From contig CBFGIV010000004.1 in the NCBI GenBank assembly GCA_965648915.1, positions 1 to 58,058 of the forward strand: 58,058 nucleotides of DNA. The letters are read 5' to 3'. Source of the stretch: a candidate division WOR-3 bacterium. Its GTDB lineage: Bacteria > Hydrothermota > Tepidihabitantia > SM23-42 > CAYGYG01. This document shows, piece by piece, positions 19,323-29,428 of the stretch. The translations under genes and the position numbers were made by a program. The notes beneath the pieces are model-generated. The model did no database searches and was not told where the DNA came from. It saw only the letters and a list, made by a program, of their open reading frames with translations. Position 1 is the stretch's first letter. Each line of letters starts with the position of its first letter.

Positions 19323-20984
19323 ATGGTGAAAACCTTCTGGGATATTGAAAAGGAGAAGACGGGGAAAATCTATCTTCTTCTCATTCCGCTATTTCTGTTT
19401 TATCTTGTGCCTTTTTTTATCGTATTTCTATTTATCAGACTGATATTATATGCTCGGGGCACATTAAGTTTTTCTCTGGGCTGGGATGCAGTTCTTGTTG
19501 TCATTGGAGCAGGGGTCGTATCATTTCTTCACTGGCAATGGTCGAGTGCCCGGGCAACCGAGCGGATTTTAAGACTGCTTAATGCAAAACTGCCCGACCG
19601 GCGTGACCGTTATCATCAGATTTTTCAGAATATAGTTGATGAGATTGAAGTCGCCGCTGGCGGGATTAAGGTTGAAAGATATATTATACCGACGATCGCA
19701 ATGAATGCATTTGCCCTGGCAGATTTTAGGGGTCGTCAAGTAATCGGAGTTACTGAGGGATTGATTAGCCGGCTCTCCCGTTCTGAACTTGCTTCGGTGG
19801 TTGCGCATGAAATGGCGCATATTGTTTCTGGTGACTGTCTTTTGACCACCATTACCTGCTCTCTCTTTGCAGTTTATAGTGAAATCCTTGATACTTTCCA
19901 GAAATTGAGTGAACGGGAACTTTCTGCCAGTACGGTCCTTTTCGAATATACTGATGCATATAGCCAGAAGCGTGGGGGCGCCCTGTTGGCCCTGCCGTTA
20001 GTCTTTCTGATCTTTGTGATTAATTTAATCAGTCAGATCCTGAATGTTTTCATTTCCCGGGCCAAGGAGTATCGGGCCGATGCGGCGGCAGTCAGATATT
20101 CGCGTGACCCATTGAGTTTAGCCCATGCACTTCATAAGATCGGTAACCAGTGGCGCGGGGCAGGGTTGGGTGGTGAATATTTGTCTGCAATCTTCATCCT
20201 TAGCCCCAGATTTAATGTACTGGAAGAGCAGGATAATTTCTGGGCTAATCTCTTTTCCACCCATCCCCCGCTCTTGAATCGACTTCGCATCCTACTCAAT
20301 ATGGGGCATACGGATTTTGATGAACTTAACCAGGAGATTATTAAAAGTAGATCGATGAAAGTCGAGGCGGATAGACCGCCAGAAATGAAATTCTTAATTG
20401 AACACAAAGGAGAATGGGTAGGGCCATATACAATAAAGCAATTGATGACCATAGAATGGCTTGGGCCTGAGGTTCGTCTGCGTATTGAGGATGAAGATAA
20501 TATTATGCGGGCTAACGAGATTGAAGACCTACGTATCTTTTTTAAGGCCCGGGAAGATCCGATATGGCATATTCGCAGGATCTGCCCAATCTGTTCCCGA
20601 TGGTTGATCGTTGAAAACTATGAAGGGGTCAATCTTCACTTCTGCCCGTTCTGTAATGGATTTCTTATTGATAAAGAGATGTTACCGAGAATTATTGTTC
20701 GTCGGGAAAAGGGTTTTAATGAGGAAGTAATTCGTCTTGCTCGTGTCGGGCTTGCCGAGGCACACAAGAAACACCCCCGTTTAAGACTTCTGCTCGATAT
20801 GTCACATCCCCGCCGTTGTGGCAAATGTGGCCATCCTATGGTTCACCGCTTATACAGTTATGCCTATCATATCAAGATCGACGAATGTCCGCGCTGCCAT
20901 CTGATCTGGTTTGACCCGATGGAACTCGAGATTCTTCAGTGTATGATTGAGATGTCGGCTGCGAAGGCGGAGGTGAAGATTTGA
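19323..20984 (+). CDS. M48 (HtpX-like) membrane Zn-protease with C-terminal GYF_2-like domain and two Zn-ribbons
   Basis: NAFA, VTEGL, HEMAH, SRAKEYRADA, STHPP; then GEWVGPY, CPIC..CPFC and CGKC..CPRC. Confidence 0.85.
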   Translation: MVKTFWDIEKEKTGKIYLLLIPLFLFYLVPFFIVFLFIRLILYARGTLSFSLGWDAVLVVIGAGVVSFLHWQWSSARATERILRLLNAKLPDRRDRYHQIFQNIVDEIEVAAGGIKVERYIIPTIAMNAFALADFRGRQVIGVTEGLISRLSRSELASVVAHEMAHIVSGDCLLTTITCSLFAVYSEILDTFQKLSERELSASTVLFEYTDAYSQKRGGALLALPLVFLIFVINLISQILNVFISRAKEYRADAAAVRYSRDPLSLAHALHKIGNQWRGAGLGGEYLSAIFILSPRFNVLEEQDNFWANLFSTHPPLLNRLRILLNMGHTDFDELNQEIIKSRSMKVEADRPPEMKFLIEHKGEWVGPYTIKQLMTIEWLGPEVRLRIEDEDNIMRANEIEDLRIFFKAREDPIWHIRRICPICSRWLIVENYEGVNLHFCPFCNGFLIDKEMLPRIIVRREKGFNEEVIRLARVGLAEAHKKHPRLRLLLDMSHPRRCGKCGHPMVHRLYSYAYHIKIDECPRCHLIWFDPMELEILQCMIEMSAAKAEVKI

Positions 20985-21050
20985 TGGTTGATCGACTTCC
21001 CGGTTCATCCCGCTTTAATTTATGTCTAAATAGAAATTTATACCTGTTGA

Positions 21051-21674
21051 ATGCTAAAGAGGGTTTTAAGTCTAATTGATCTTTTGGTTGGCGCTTTATT
21101 TCTCTTGCTGACCTGTGTGCCCTCTGGTTATTTTCAGTTAGGTTGCTATGCAAATCGAGAGTATCGTTTTCGAGATGCGATTCATTATTTTACGCTTTAT
21201 CTCCAACAGAATTCTGATGCCGCCGAGGCCTACAATAATCGAGCCCTGGCATATTTTTATCTGGGCTTATTAGATTCAACTTTAAACGATTGCCAGAAGG
21301 CAATCGAATTGAAACCCGACCTGGCATATCCTTATCATCTCTGCGGGTTGGTCTATTTTTATCGAAAGCATTATGCTCTGGCCGTTGAATATTTTAATAA
21401 AGCGACTAAACTAAAACCGGATCTTGTTGAGACCTACATCGAACGGGGTAGACTCTATTTTGAAATTGCACACTATGAAGAGGCAATGAGTGATTTAACG
21501 AAAGCAATTATTTTACGACCGAAAGATGCTGGTCTCTATAATCTCAGGGGTAATACTCATTATCGATCAGGAGATATCGCCGGAGCGATTGAAGACTGGC
21601 AGAAGGCACATAAGATTGATCCACGGTATCCCATCGAACCTGAGGCCAGGTCGATTTTGGGATTCGGTAAATAA
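21051..21674 (+). CDS. Tetratricopeptide repeat protein
   Basis: 4-5 TPR units (AYNNRALAY, KAIELKPD, YNLRGN); hydrophobic N-terminus. Confidence 0.85.
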   Translation: MLKRVLSLIDLLVGALFLLLTCVPSGYFQLGCYANREYRFRDAIHYFTLYLQQNSDAAEAYNNRALAYFYLGLLDSTLNDCQKAIELKPDLAYPYHLCGLVYFYRKHYALAVEYFNKATKLKPDLVETYIERGRLYFEIAHYEEAMSDLTKAIILRPKDAGLYNLRGNTHYRSGDIAGAIEDWQKAHKIDPRYPIEPEARSILGFGK

Positions 21675-21717
21675 TAATAGGTGAGATTTTGTGAAACAAT
21701 CATAATGGAGGTCTATT

Positions 21718-21900
21718 GTGAACAAGAGATATCTCTGTCCATTTACAACATCAGAAGTATCAGGTGATAAAGACATAAAAAGAGGAGGTCGGATCTGTCC
21801 GGCAAAAGAGAAGGAGGCTGACTGGCTCTGTCCGCTTGCTTTTAATGGCGAATGTGCCTTCTGGGTAATTGCCTATAATATTAATACCAAAGAAGGATAA
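21718..21900 (+). CDS. Small 4-Cys hypothetical protein
   Basis: GGAGG SD 6 nt before GTG; CPF..CP..CP..ECAFW. Confidence 0.6.
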   Translation: MNKRYLCPFTTSEVSGDKDIKRGGRICPAKEKEADWLCPLAFNGECAFWVIAYNINTKEG

Positions 21901-21961
21901 AAGGTGTAATGCGTGTCGATTGGTAATCTTTTAATCTTGGCCTGGTTTGATATTTTTAAGT

Positions 21962-22381
21962 CTATAGTTTTAACAGATTGAGACCGGTGGTAGGATCTTT
22001 TTGACGTTGCACTATTTTATCGACCGGCCAGACAAAAAGTTCACAGGTCGCCGGGATATAAGCCTTGAAGATATGACCGCCATAAGCTTTAAATCGACTA
22101 TCAGTAATCGTGGCATGGGCGTGGATTATTACTTGTTTGCCAAGATGGGAGATATTACCTACCAGACTGGTAAATTCATACTCACCTTTAAATCTTCTCT
22201 TGATGTATGATTTCTTATGAGCATCAAAATAGCCGAGGCTTAGATTTTTAGCCACACCCAGTCCAAAGAAGAAACCACCCTGGATTTTATATTTACGGAC
22301 AAATTGCTCTAAGGCCTGGATAAGTTCTTCGTCCTTTTCCAGACGGATAATAAAATGAGATCGGAATTGCTTTACCTTCAT
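21962..22381 (-). CDS. PPC/DUF296 domain protein
   Basis: IIRLEKDEEL, GLG, EFTSLVGNIS, HAH, GGH; ATG 22381 just after the upstream gene's stop. Confidence 0.88.
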   Translation of the reverse strand: MKVKQFRSHFIIRLEKDEELIQALEQFVRKYKIQGGFFFGLGVAKNLSLGYFDAHKKSYIKRRFKGEYEFTSLVGNISHLGKQVIIHAHATITDSRFKAYGGHIFKAYIPATCELFVWPVDKIVQRQKDPTTGLNLLKL

Positions 22382-22394
22382 CTGTCCACTTTCG

Positions 22395-23576
22395 TTAGAT
22401 TTTATTAAGTGCCTGTGCGAGATCGGCGATGATATCATCAGCATCTTCAATACCAACTGATATCCGCACCAGGCCTTCGGTGATACAGGCTTGTTTGAGT
22501 TGTTCTTTGTTAAGTTTACAGTGGGTCATCGATGCTGGGTGTTCAATGAGTGTTTCCACCCCGCCCAGACTGACCGCAAGGATACAGAGCCGGACACTGT
22601 TCATCAAAACCTTACCGGCCCTGAACCCACCTTTCAATTCAAAACTGATCATACCACCGGGTCCGCTCATCTGTCTTTTCGCCAGTTCATATTGAGGATG
22701 ACTTTTCAGCCCGGGATAGCAAACCCATTTGACCTTGGGGTGGTTTTCGAGAAATCTTGCAACCTTTAAGCCATTGGCGCAATGCCTTTCCATTCTCAGG
22801 ACTAAAGTCTTTATGCCCCGATGGACCAGAAATGCAGAGAAGGGGTCGATGACTCCTCCACAATTGTGAAGAGCGCTCTTTAATTGGTCAAAGAGTTCTT
22901 TGTTCCGTGCAACAATGATGCCGGCAACGACATCAGCGTGCCCATTAAGATATTTGGTCATACTGTGAACCACAATATCCGCACCTAACTCAAGCGGTCT
23001 TTGAAGAACCGGTGTGGCAAAGGTGTTGTCAACAATTACCAGAATTCCTTTCTTGTGGGCAAGATTTGAGATTGCTGCAATATCCGATATTGTTAATGTC
23101 GGATTGGCTGGTGTTTCGAGAATGATAATTTTAGTATTAGGTCTAATTGACTTTCTAACATTTAATAGATCTGAGGTGTCGATATAACTGATCTCGACAC
23201 CGAATTTGTTGAAGTAGTCCCTGAGTAATGTCAGGGTTGCACCATAGACCGGGGTTGTGCAAATCACATGGTCGCCTTTTTTGAGTAAACAGGCAAATAC
23301 GGTATTGATTGCCGCCATCCCGCTGGCGCAGGCGAGACTTGCATATCCACCCTCCAGTGCAGCCACGCATTTTTCAAGTGCGAGTGTCGTGGGATTGCCG
23401 ATCCGGGTATAAATATAACCTGGTTTTTCTCCAGCAAATATTGCTGCTCCTTCATCAACATTTTTAAACTCAAAGGTCGAGGTCTGATAGATCGGTGGGA
23501 CAACGGCGCCGAATTCATTTTTCTCTATGCCCGCATGAATAACTTTGGTTTCAATTCTCATCTTGGTTTTTTTCAT
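22395..23576 (-). CDS. megL: Methionine gamma-lyase / Cys-Met PLP-dependent lyase
   Basis: PPIYQTSTF, YTRIGNPT, SGMAA, ETPANP, DNTF, HSMTKYLNGH, AVSLGGVETL; AAGGAG SD; substrate not certain. Confidence 0.7.
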   Translation of the reverse strand: MKKTKMRIETKVIHAGIEKNEFGAVVPPIYQTSTFEFKNVDEGAAIFAGEKPGYIYTRIGNPTTLALEKCVAALEGGYASLACASGMAAINTVFACLLKKGDHVICTTPVYGATLTLLRDYFNKFGVEISYIDTSDLLNVRKSIRPNTKIIILETPANPTLTISDIAAISNLAHKKGILVIVDNTFATPVLQRPLELGADIVVHSMTKYLNGHADVVAGIIVARNKELFDQLKSALHNCGGVIDPFSAFLVHRGIKTLVLRMERHCANGLKVARFLENHPKVKWVCYPGLKSHPQYELAKRQMSGPGGMISFELKGGFRAGKVLMNSVRLCILAVSLGGVETLIEHPASMTHCKLNKEQLKQACITEGLVRISVGIEDADDIIADLAQALNKI

Positions 23577-23594
23577 ACGGCTCCTTTGGTTTCT

Positions 23595-23623
23595 ATTATA
23601 CAAAAAAAGTAAAAGAAGTCAAT
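23595..23623 (-). promoter_or_regulatory. sigma70-type promoter
   Basis: TTGACT-17nt-TATAAT on minus strand. Confidence 0.65.
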
Positions 23624-23682
23624 CTTTTTACTCGGTCATAATTAAAAGACCATAACCGACAGTTAATCTTCTATCTTGGTGG

Positions 23683-23710
23683 TTGACTAAAATTGATTGA
23701 TCGATATAAT
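23683..23710 (+). promoter_or_regulatory. sigma70-type promoter of fbp
   Basis: TTGACT-16nt-TATAAT followed by AAGGAGG SD. Confidence 0.65.
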
Positions 23711-23729
23711 AAGTCTTAAGGAGGTTTTA

Positions 23730-24821
23730 ATGGATAAGGTTACGCTATCGGTCATAAAGGCCGACATCGGTGGTTATGTTGGCCACTCGAGTTCTCACCC
23801 CAACATTCTCGCTCGGGCCAATCAGATTCTTGAAGGGCATAAGAAAGCAGGGACCCTGATCGATTTCCATGTGACCAATGTTGGAGACGATTGTGAATTG
23901 ATAATGACCCATCGTTTTGGTATCGATAATGAGAAGATTCATAAGTTAGCATGGGATACATTTGTTGAGCTGACCAATCTGGCGAAGGAATTAAAACTCT
24001 ATGGCGCCGGGCAGGATATCCTTTCGGACGCCTTCTCGGGTAATGTCCGGGGGATGGGCCCGGGGGTTGCGGAGATGAGTTTTGTTGAACGGAAGAGCGA
24101 GCCGGTGGTTGTTTTTATGGCGGATAAGACATCACCCGGAGCCTGGAATTATCCGCTCTTTAAGATATTTGCTGACCCGTTTAATACAATTGGTCTGGTT
24201 ATCGATCCTAATATGCATAACGGTTTTCTCTTTGAGGTATATGATATATATGAACATAAATCGGTAACCCTGGCCACACCTGAAGAGATGTACGATCTGC
24301 TGGTCCTGATCGGTTCTTCAGAACATTATCTGATCAAGGCGGTATATCATAAAGATACAAAAGATATCTGCGCGGTCTCCTCGACCCAGAAGTTGAGTTT
24401 GATTGCGGGTAAGTATGTAGGCAAGGATGATCCGGTAATGATGGTTCGTTGTCAGAGCGGTCTGCCCGCAGTTGGTGAAGTGATGGAACCTTTTGCCAAT
24501 CCCTATTTTGTTACCGGCTGGATGAGAGGTTCACATTTTGGTCCATTGATGCCAACCTCAGTTGCCCAGGCAAATCCAACCAGGTTTGATGGGCCACCGA
24601 GAGTTATTGCCCTCGGCTTCCAGATTGCCAACGGAATGCTCGTCGGACCGCGTGATATGTTTGATGACCCGAGTTATGATGAGGCGCGCAGAAGAGCGAA
24701 CGATATCGCCAATTATATCCGTTCACACGGGCCGTTCGAACCCCATCGATTGCCACTCTCAGAGATGGAATATACGACTTTACCGGGTGTTTTGAAAAAA
24801 TTGAAAGATCGATTTAAATAA
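23730..24821 (+). CDS. fbp: Bifunctional fructose-1,6-bisphosphate aldolase/phosphatase (class V)
   Basis: SVIKADIGG..GH, LYGAGQD, FSGNVRGMGPG, ADKT, YVGKDDP, GWMRGSH, MEYTT. Confidence 0.95.
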   Translation: MDKVTLSVIKADIGGYVGHSSSHPNILARANQILEGHKKAGTLIDFHVTNVGDDCELIMTHRFGIDNEKIHKLAWDTFVELTNLAKELKLYGAGQDILSDAFSGNVRGMGPGVAEMSFVERKSEPVVVFMADKTSPGAWNYPLFKIFADPFNTIGLVIDPNMHNGFLFEVYDIYEHKSVTLATPEEMYDLLVLIGSSEHYLIKAVYHKDTKDICAVSSTQKLSLIAGKYVGKDDPVMMVRCQSGLPAVGEVMEPFANPYFVTGWMRGSHFGPLMPTSVAQANPTRFDGPPRVIALGFQIANGMLVGPRDMFDDPSYDEARRRANDIANYIRSHGPFEPHRLPLSEMEYTTLPGVLKKLKDRFK

Positions 24822-24855
24822 TTGGAATAATATCGATCGTAGTTTATCGGTTATT

Positions 24856-26283
24856 TTATGAGGCTGCTAGAGAATCAGTCAGAATTTTTTCGTAAAGAGA
24901 GAGATACTCTCGAGCGGTCCGATCCCAGGAAAAGTCACAGGACATTGCATTGAGGACCAGTTGGTTCCAGTGATTTTTATTGTTATAGACTTCCCGGGCT
25001 TTAAGAAGAGTCTGTATCATTGCATCGACATTATATATTTCGAAGAGAAAGCCATTGCCTTTACCTTTCGCGGGTTCAAACTCAAATACCGAGTCAGCAA
25101 GTCCACCGGTTTTTCGCACAACCGGTATTGTCCCATAAGTTAGGGCAATCATCTGCCCCAGTCCACAGGGTTCATATCGGGAAGGCATTAAAAAGAAGTC
25201 AGCGCCGGCGTAGATCCGATGGGCAAGGATTTCGTCAAATTTAAGATTGATACTCAACCGATCCGGGTATTGAGCCAATTTTTCTTCTAATATCCTGTGG
25301 TAGCGTTCATCTCCGGTACCGAGCAGGATGACTTTAAAACCTGAATTTATTATCTGATCCAGACCGTTGCAGATCAAGTCGATACCTTTTTGTTCAGCCA
25401 GTCTTGAGACGATACCGATGAGGGGTTCGTCACTAACATCGAGTTTTAACTCTCTCTGAAGATGAAGTTTGTTTATCTTTTTATCGATTGGATTTAAATA
25501 ATTGTAATAGATGAATTGATCATTTTTTGGGTTCCATATTTTTGTATCGATACCATTAAGAATACCTTTTAAGAATTCCTTACGTTTGCTTAAAATGCCA
25601 TTCAGTCCAAAACCGAATTCATCATTCTGAATCTCCCGGGCATAAGTGGGGGAGACAGTTGTTAAGAAATCGGAAAAGATCAGTCCGCCTTTAAGAAAAT
25701 TTATCTGGTCATAATATTCGATACCCTCGATGGTGAAATATTCCTGAGGGATTTCAAGCAGAGGAAATTTATCTTTGGTGAAGATACCTTGGTAACCAAG
25801 ATTGTGGATGGTGAAAACAGTTTTGATATTGTTTCGAATCTGGTCAGTATTACATTTAAGATATATCGGGATAAGAGCAGTTTGCCAGTCGTGGAGATGG
25901 AGGATATTATATTTTAATTTTAATCTTTTGATCGTTTCCAGGGTGGTGCGGCTAAAGAATGAGAATCTTTCGAGATTATCCGGATAGTCACCCTTTTCTG
26001 AACCGTATAACCCGGGACGATTATAGAAGTGGTCATTTTTGACCAGGAAGACTTCAACCTCACCCGGGATATGATAGATATCGGCTGGTTCGATCTTTGG
26101 ACCGAGCTTCATTTCGATTCTTAAATTCAGCGGTTCGGCTTTTATCCCCGGATAACAGGGTAAGAAGATGGAACATTTAAGGCCGATTCTATTAAATGCC
26201 CTGGGTAGTGAACCAGCAACATCGGCCAGTCCACCGGTCTTGGCATAGGGAAAGGCTTCAGAGGTAACAAAGGCGATGTGCAT
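24856..26283 (-). CDS. glgA: Glycogen synthase
   Basis: KTGGLADV, HDWQT, TIHNLGYQG, TVSPTYA, PSRYEPCGL, KTGGLAD. Confidence 0.95.
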   Translation of the reverse strand: MHIAFVTSEAFPYAKTGGLADVAGSLPRAFNRIGLKCSIFLPCYPGIKAEPLNLRIEMKLGPKIEPADIYHIPGEVEVFLVKNDHFYNRPGLYGSEKGDYPDNLERFSFFSRTTLETIKRLKLKYNILHLHDWQTALIPIYLKCNTDQIRNNIKTVFTIHNLGYQGIFTKDKFPLLEIPQEYFTIEGIEYYDQINFLKGGLIFSDFLTTVSPTYAREIQNDEFGFGLNGILSKRKEFLKGILNGIDTKIWNPKNDQFIYYNYLNPIDKKINKLHLQRELKLDVSDEPLIGIVSRLAEQKGIDLICNGLDQIINSGFKVILLGTGDERYHRILEEKLAQYPDRLSINLKFDEILAHRIYAGADFFLMPSRYEPCGLGQMIALTYGTIPVVRKTGGLADSVFEFEPAKGKGNGFLFEIYNVDAMIQTLLKAREVYNNKNHWNQLVLNAMSCDFSWDRTAREYLSLYEKILTDSLAAS

Positions 26284-27287
26284 TATAGGTTACATTTGCG
26301 TAAAAAATCGGCAGCATCTTCAGGCGGTGTTGGATTAATATAGAACCCGCTACCCCACTCAAAGCCGGCGATGTGCGTAAGGATCGGGATGATCTCGATG
26401 TGAAAGTGGTAATATTCGATCTGGGGCTCAGTGACCGGTGCCGTATGGAGGACAAAATTATAGGGTGGATTATTCAGGGCCGAACGTAACTTTATAAGCA
26501 CCTGTCTCAGCGTCAGGGCTATGTTGTCGATTTCAATATCTTGAGCAGTTTCCAGTCCGGAAATGTGGCGCTGGGAAAGGATCCAGGTTTCAAAAGGAAA
26601 CCTCGGGGCAAAAGGGGTAAAGGCAATAGCGTGATTGTTTTCAATAACCAGTCTTCGCGTATCTTTAATCTCCTGTTTTATCATATCACAGAAGATACAC
26701 CTTTCATGGTAATTGTAATAACGTTTTGATCCATCGATCTCCTCATTGACCCGTTTTGGAATTACCGGCGTGGCAACAAGCTGGGAGTGGGTATGTTCGA
26801 GTGATGCTCCGGCTGCCGCCCCGAAGTTTTTAAAAATCATAATATAACGAAACCTCGGATCATTTTTCAAATTGAGAATTCGCTCACGAAATGCCCAGAA
26901 GACATCCTTAAATGATTTTTCATCCAAATCGGGGAGGTCACAATTATGGTTGGGTGTTTCGATAATGACCTCGTGGGCACCGATTCCATTCATCTTGTCA
27001 TAGAGTCCTTCGCCTCGTTTATTGAGTTCTCCCTCGATCCGGAGAGCGGGAAATTTATTGGGCACAACCCGCAGGGTCCAGCCCGGGGTGTTGGGCTTAG
27101 AACCATCAGGTCGGTAGGCAAGCACCTCGGGCGGGGTTGTATGTTCATTACCCTGACAGAAAGGACAGTTTTGTGGCTGGACCTTTTTTGTCTCAGGGGC
27201 AAAATAGAAATCTTTGGGTCTTTTTGCTCTTTCGGTTGAGATTATAACCCACCGACCGACAACTGGATCTTTACGAAGTTCCGGCAT
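26283..27287 (-). CDS. galT: GalT-family hexose-1-phosphate nucleotidylyltransferase
   Basis: ELRKDP..RAKRP, CPFC.GNE, NKFPAL, GASLEHTHSQ, AGFEWGSG. Confidence 0.85.
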   Translation of the reverse strand: MPELRKDPVVGRWVIISTERAKRPKDFYFAPETKKVQPQNCPFCQGNEHTTPPEVLAYRPDGSKPNTPGWTLRVVPNKFPALRIEGELNKRGEGLYDKMNGIGAHEVIIETPNHNCDLPDLDEKSFKDVFWAFRERILNLKNDPRFRYIMIFKNFGAAAGASLEHTHSQLVATPVIPKRVNEEIDGSKRYYNYHERCIFCDMIKQEIKDTRRLVIENNHAIAFTPFAPRFPFETWILSQRHISGLETAQDIEIDNIALTLRQVLIKLRSALNNPPYNFVLHTAPVTEPQIEYYHFHIEIIPILTHIAGFEWGSGFYINPTPPEDAADFLRKCNL

Positions 27288-27325
27288 CTAATTTTAAGAA
27301 ACCCGGTAGATTGCAGCCAAAAGAT

Positions 27326-29428
27326 CTACTTTTGATTTTCCGGTGGCTCGGTCTTGCCCGGGGCTTCAGGCTCTTCAGTCTTCTTTTCGATTACTTCGGT
27401 TTCAGGTTTTTCTTCTGGTTTACTTTCTTGATCCGGTTTCTGCTCTTTCTCTTCCTCAGGTTTTAACGTGTCTTCTTTAGGTTTCTCTTCTTCCGGTGGC
27501 AGGAAGATTTCAATCTTCGCCTCATTCTTTATCTTTTCCAGATATTTGTTGGCAAGGTCGATCTGTTTCTGGCGTTTTAAGTTCCACTCGATCTTCGATT
27601 TAGCCTCTTCAAATTTCTGGATACTCTCTTCTTTGCGCTCATCGAGTTTGATGATTGCATAGGATGAGTCCTGGATTTTGATGACATCGCTTATTGTGTT
27701 GGGTTTCATTTTGAAAGCAACCGATTCCACCGGAATTGGCTTATACCCGTGAGTAAAGAAGGGGGTCTCACCACCTACATCCTTTGACGGCGCAGTAGAA
27801 AATTGTTTGGCCAGCGTTTCAAAATCCTCAAGGCGATATTTGTAGACCAGAGGAAAATAGAATGGTCGATATCTCAGTTTCTTAAGGATTTCTCTTGCTT
27901 TTTCTTCGCTCGAGACAATTATCTCGTGGATCTTAATCTGTTCCGGGATTTTAAATTCCTGGGGATTTTTATTATAGTATTCTTTGATCTCACTGTCGGC
28001 AACTACTGCCTTTTGGACCACTACTTTATTATAAAGGCCGCCTTCGTATTCGCGTCGTTTCAGTTCCTGGAGTTTCTTAAAGACACCATCAAGGATAAAA
28101 TATTTGTTTTTTTCTGCAAAATTAAGTTTCAAGTCCTCAAGGATCACCTGGTCAAGATATTTTTTCAGTTCCTCTTCTTTACTCAGATCTGAACGGGCAA
28201 AGACTGGCTCTGATTCCTGGCGTTTCTCAAGGTCCTTTTTTGTAATGTAAGCACCAAAGAGGTAGGCCAGGGTATCACCCTGCATGATCATTTTTAAGTC
28301 TGAATTTTTTCGAAGATTTTCATTGAATTTCTTTTCTACTTTATCCCGAATCTCATTCTTCAGTCGATACTCGACATCGAACTTCGCTTCTTTATATGAT
28401 TTATATCGCTCAGGCCTTTTCTCGGTAAGTTTGTAGATACAGTAATCTTCGTATATTTTAGTCACCGGGCTAATCTGATTTAACTTCAGTTTAAATAAGA
28501 CGCTCTCTACCTCGGCCTGCCTTGTCCCTTTCTGAATATACCCCATATCTCCGCCGTAATCTTTAGTGACCGAGGTTGAATATCTCTTGGCCAGTGTATC
28601 CCAGAGTTCGGGTTTTAATTTTAATGTATCAAGTATCGCCCGGGCCAGAGTTTCATTTTTAACTACAATCTCTTTGGCTCTGATATCGGCCGGGAGTTTA
28701 TAGTCGTCGCGATGTTTTATAAAGAATCTTCGCATCTGGGGATCAGTCGGCTGGGATTTCTGGTTTATTTCTCGTTCGGTAACTTCATCGATAAGGATAC
28801 GGCGCTTGGCATCGTTTATCTTTCTCAATACGGCCGTGTCCTGATGGACACCTTCTTTGATTGCACTTGTCCAGAGTAACCTTTCCATAACCATCTGGTC
28901 GATCAGTCGCTTTTTACCCTCGGGTTTTTCATATTCTTCCCGACCGAACGGTGGCAATGAGGCGATGCGCTCATCAAATTCGAGGCGGGTTATGCGATAA
29001 CCATCGACCGTGGCAACTGAATCCTGATAATTCTTTTTGAAACACCTCTCAACCCCTTCTAAGGCTAAAGAATCGTAGGGTGGAAAACGATACTGAGTGG
29101 CAATAATTTCATATGACCTTGCGGCATCGAGGTAATTTTCTTTCAATTCGAAGATCTGGCCAATACGGTAATAGACGAGGTAAAGGTCTTTTCTTTTTGG
29201 AAACTTCGTGAGGATCGATTGGTAGATTACGAGGGCGGTATCTATTTTACCCAGTTTATCATAATAGATATCCCCCAGATCAATCAGGTAACCGAATAAC
29301 TTATCCGGTGTCTTCTCGGTGCTGATCAGATTTTCGTAAACTTTTATGGCCTCATCATACTTTTTATTCAATATCAGATCCAATGGTTGCTGGGTTAACA
29401 GAAAAAGAGCTAAAAAAGAAAACATCAT
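27326..29428 (-). CDS. Exported TPR plus double parvulin (SurA/PrsA-like) chaperone
   Basis: Signal peptide, TPR helices, two parvulin domains (LAKRYS..GGDMG; LAKQFS..GGET), E/K/P-rich tail; AGGAGG SD. Confidence 0.82.
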   Translation of the reverse strand: MMFSFLALFLLTQQPLDLILNKKYDEAIKVYENLISTEKTPDKLFGYLIDLGDIYYDKLGKIDTALVIYQSILTKFPKRKDLYLVYYRIGQIFELKENYLDAARSYEIIATQYRFPPYDSLALEGVERCFKKNYQDSVATVDGYRITRLEFDERIASLPPFGREEYEKPEGKKRLIDQMVMERLLWTSAIKEGVHQDTAVLRKINDAKRRILIDEVTEREINQKSQPTDPQMRRFFIKHRDDYKLPADIRAKEIVVKNETLARAILDTLKLKPELWDTLAKRYSTSVTKDYGGDMGYIQKGTRQAEVESVLFKLKLNQISPVTKIYEDYCIYKLTEKRPERYKSYKEAKFDVEYRLKNEIRDKVEKKFNENLRKNSDLKMIMQGDTLAYLFGAYITKKDLEKRQESEPVFARSDLSKEEELKKYLDQVILEDLKLNFAEKNKYFILDGVFKKLQELKRREYEGGLYNKVVVQKAVVADSEIKEYYNKNPQEFKIPEQIKIHEIIVSSEEKAREILKKLRYRPFYFPLVYKYRLEDFETLAKQFSTAPSKDVGGETPFFTHGYKPIPVESVAFKMKPNTISDVIKIQDSSYAIIKLDERKEESIQKFEEAKSKIEWNLKRQKQIDLANKYLEKIKNEAKIEIFLPPEEEKPKEDTLKPEEEKEQKPDQESKPEEKPETEVIEKKTEEPEAPGKTEPPENQK

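Noticed and set aside
23577..23680. SAM riboswitch upstream of the Met gamma-lyase gene
   Set aside because: Promoter leaves only a ~12-nt leader; no riboswitch core visible.
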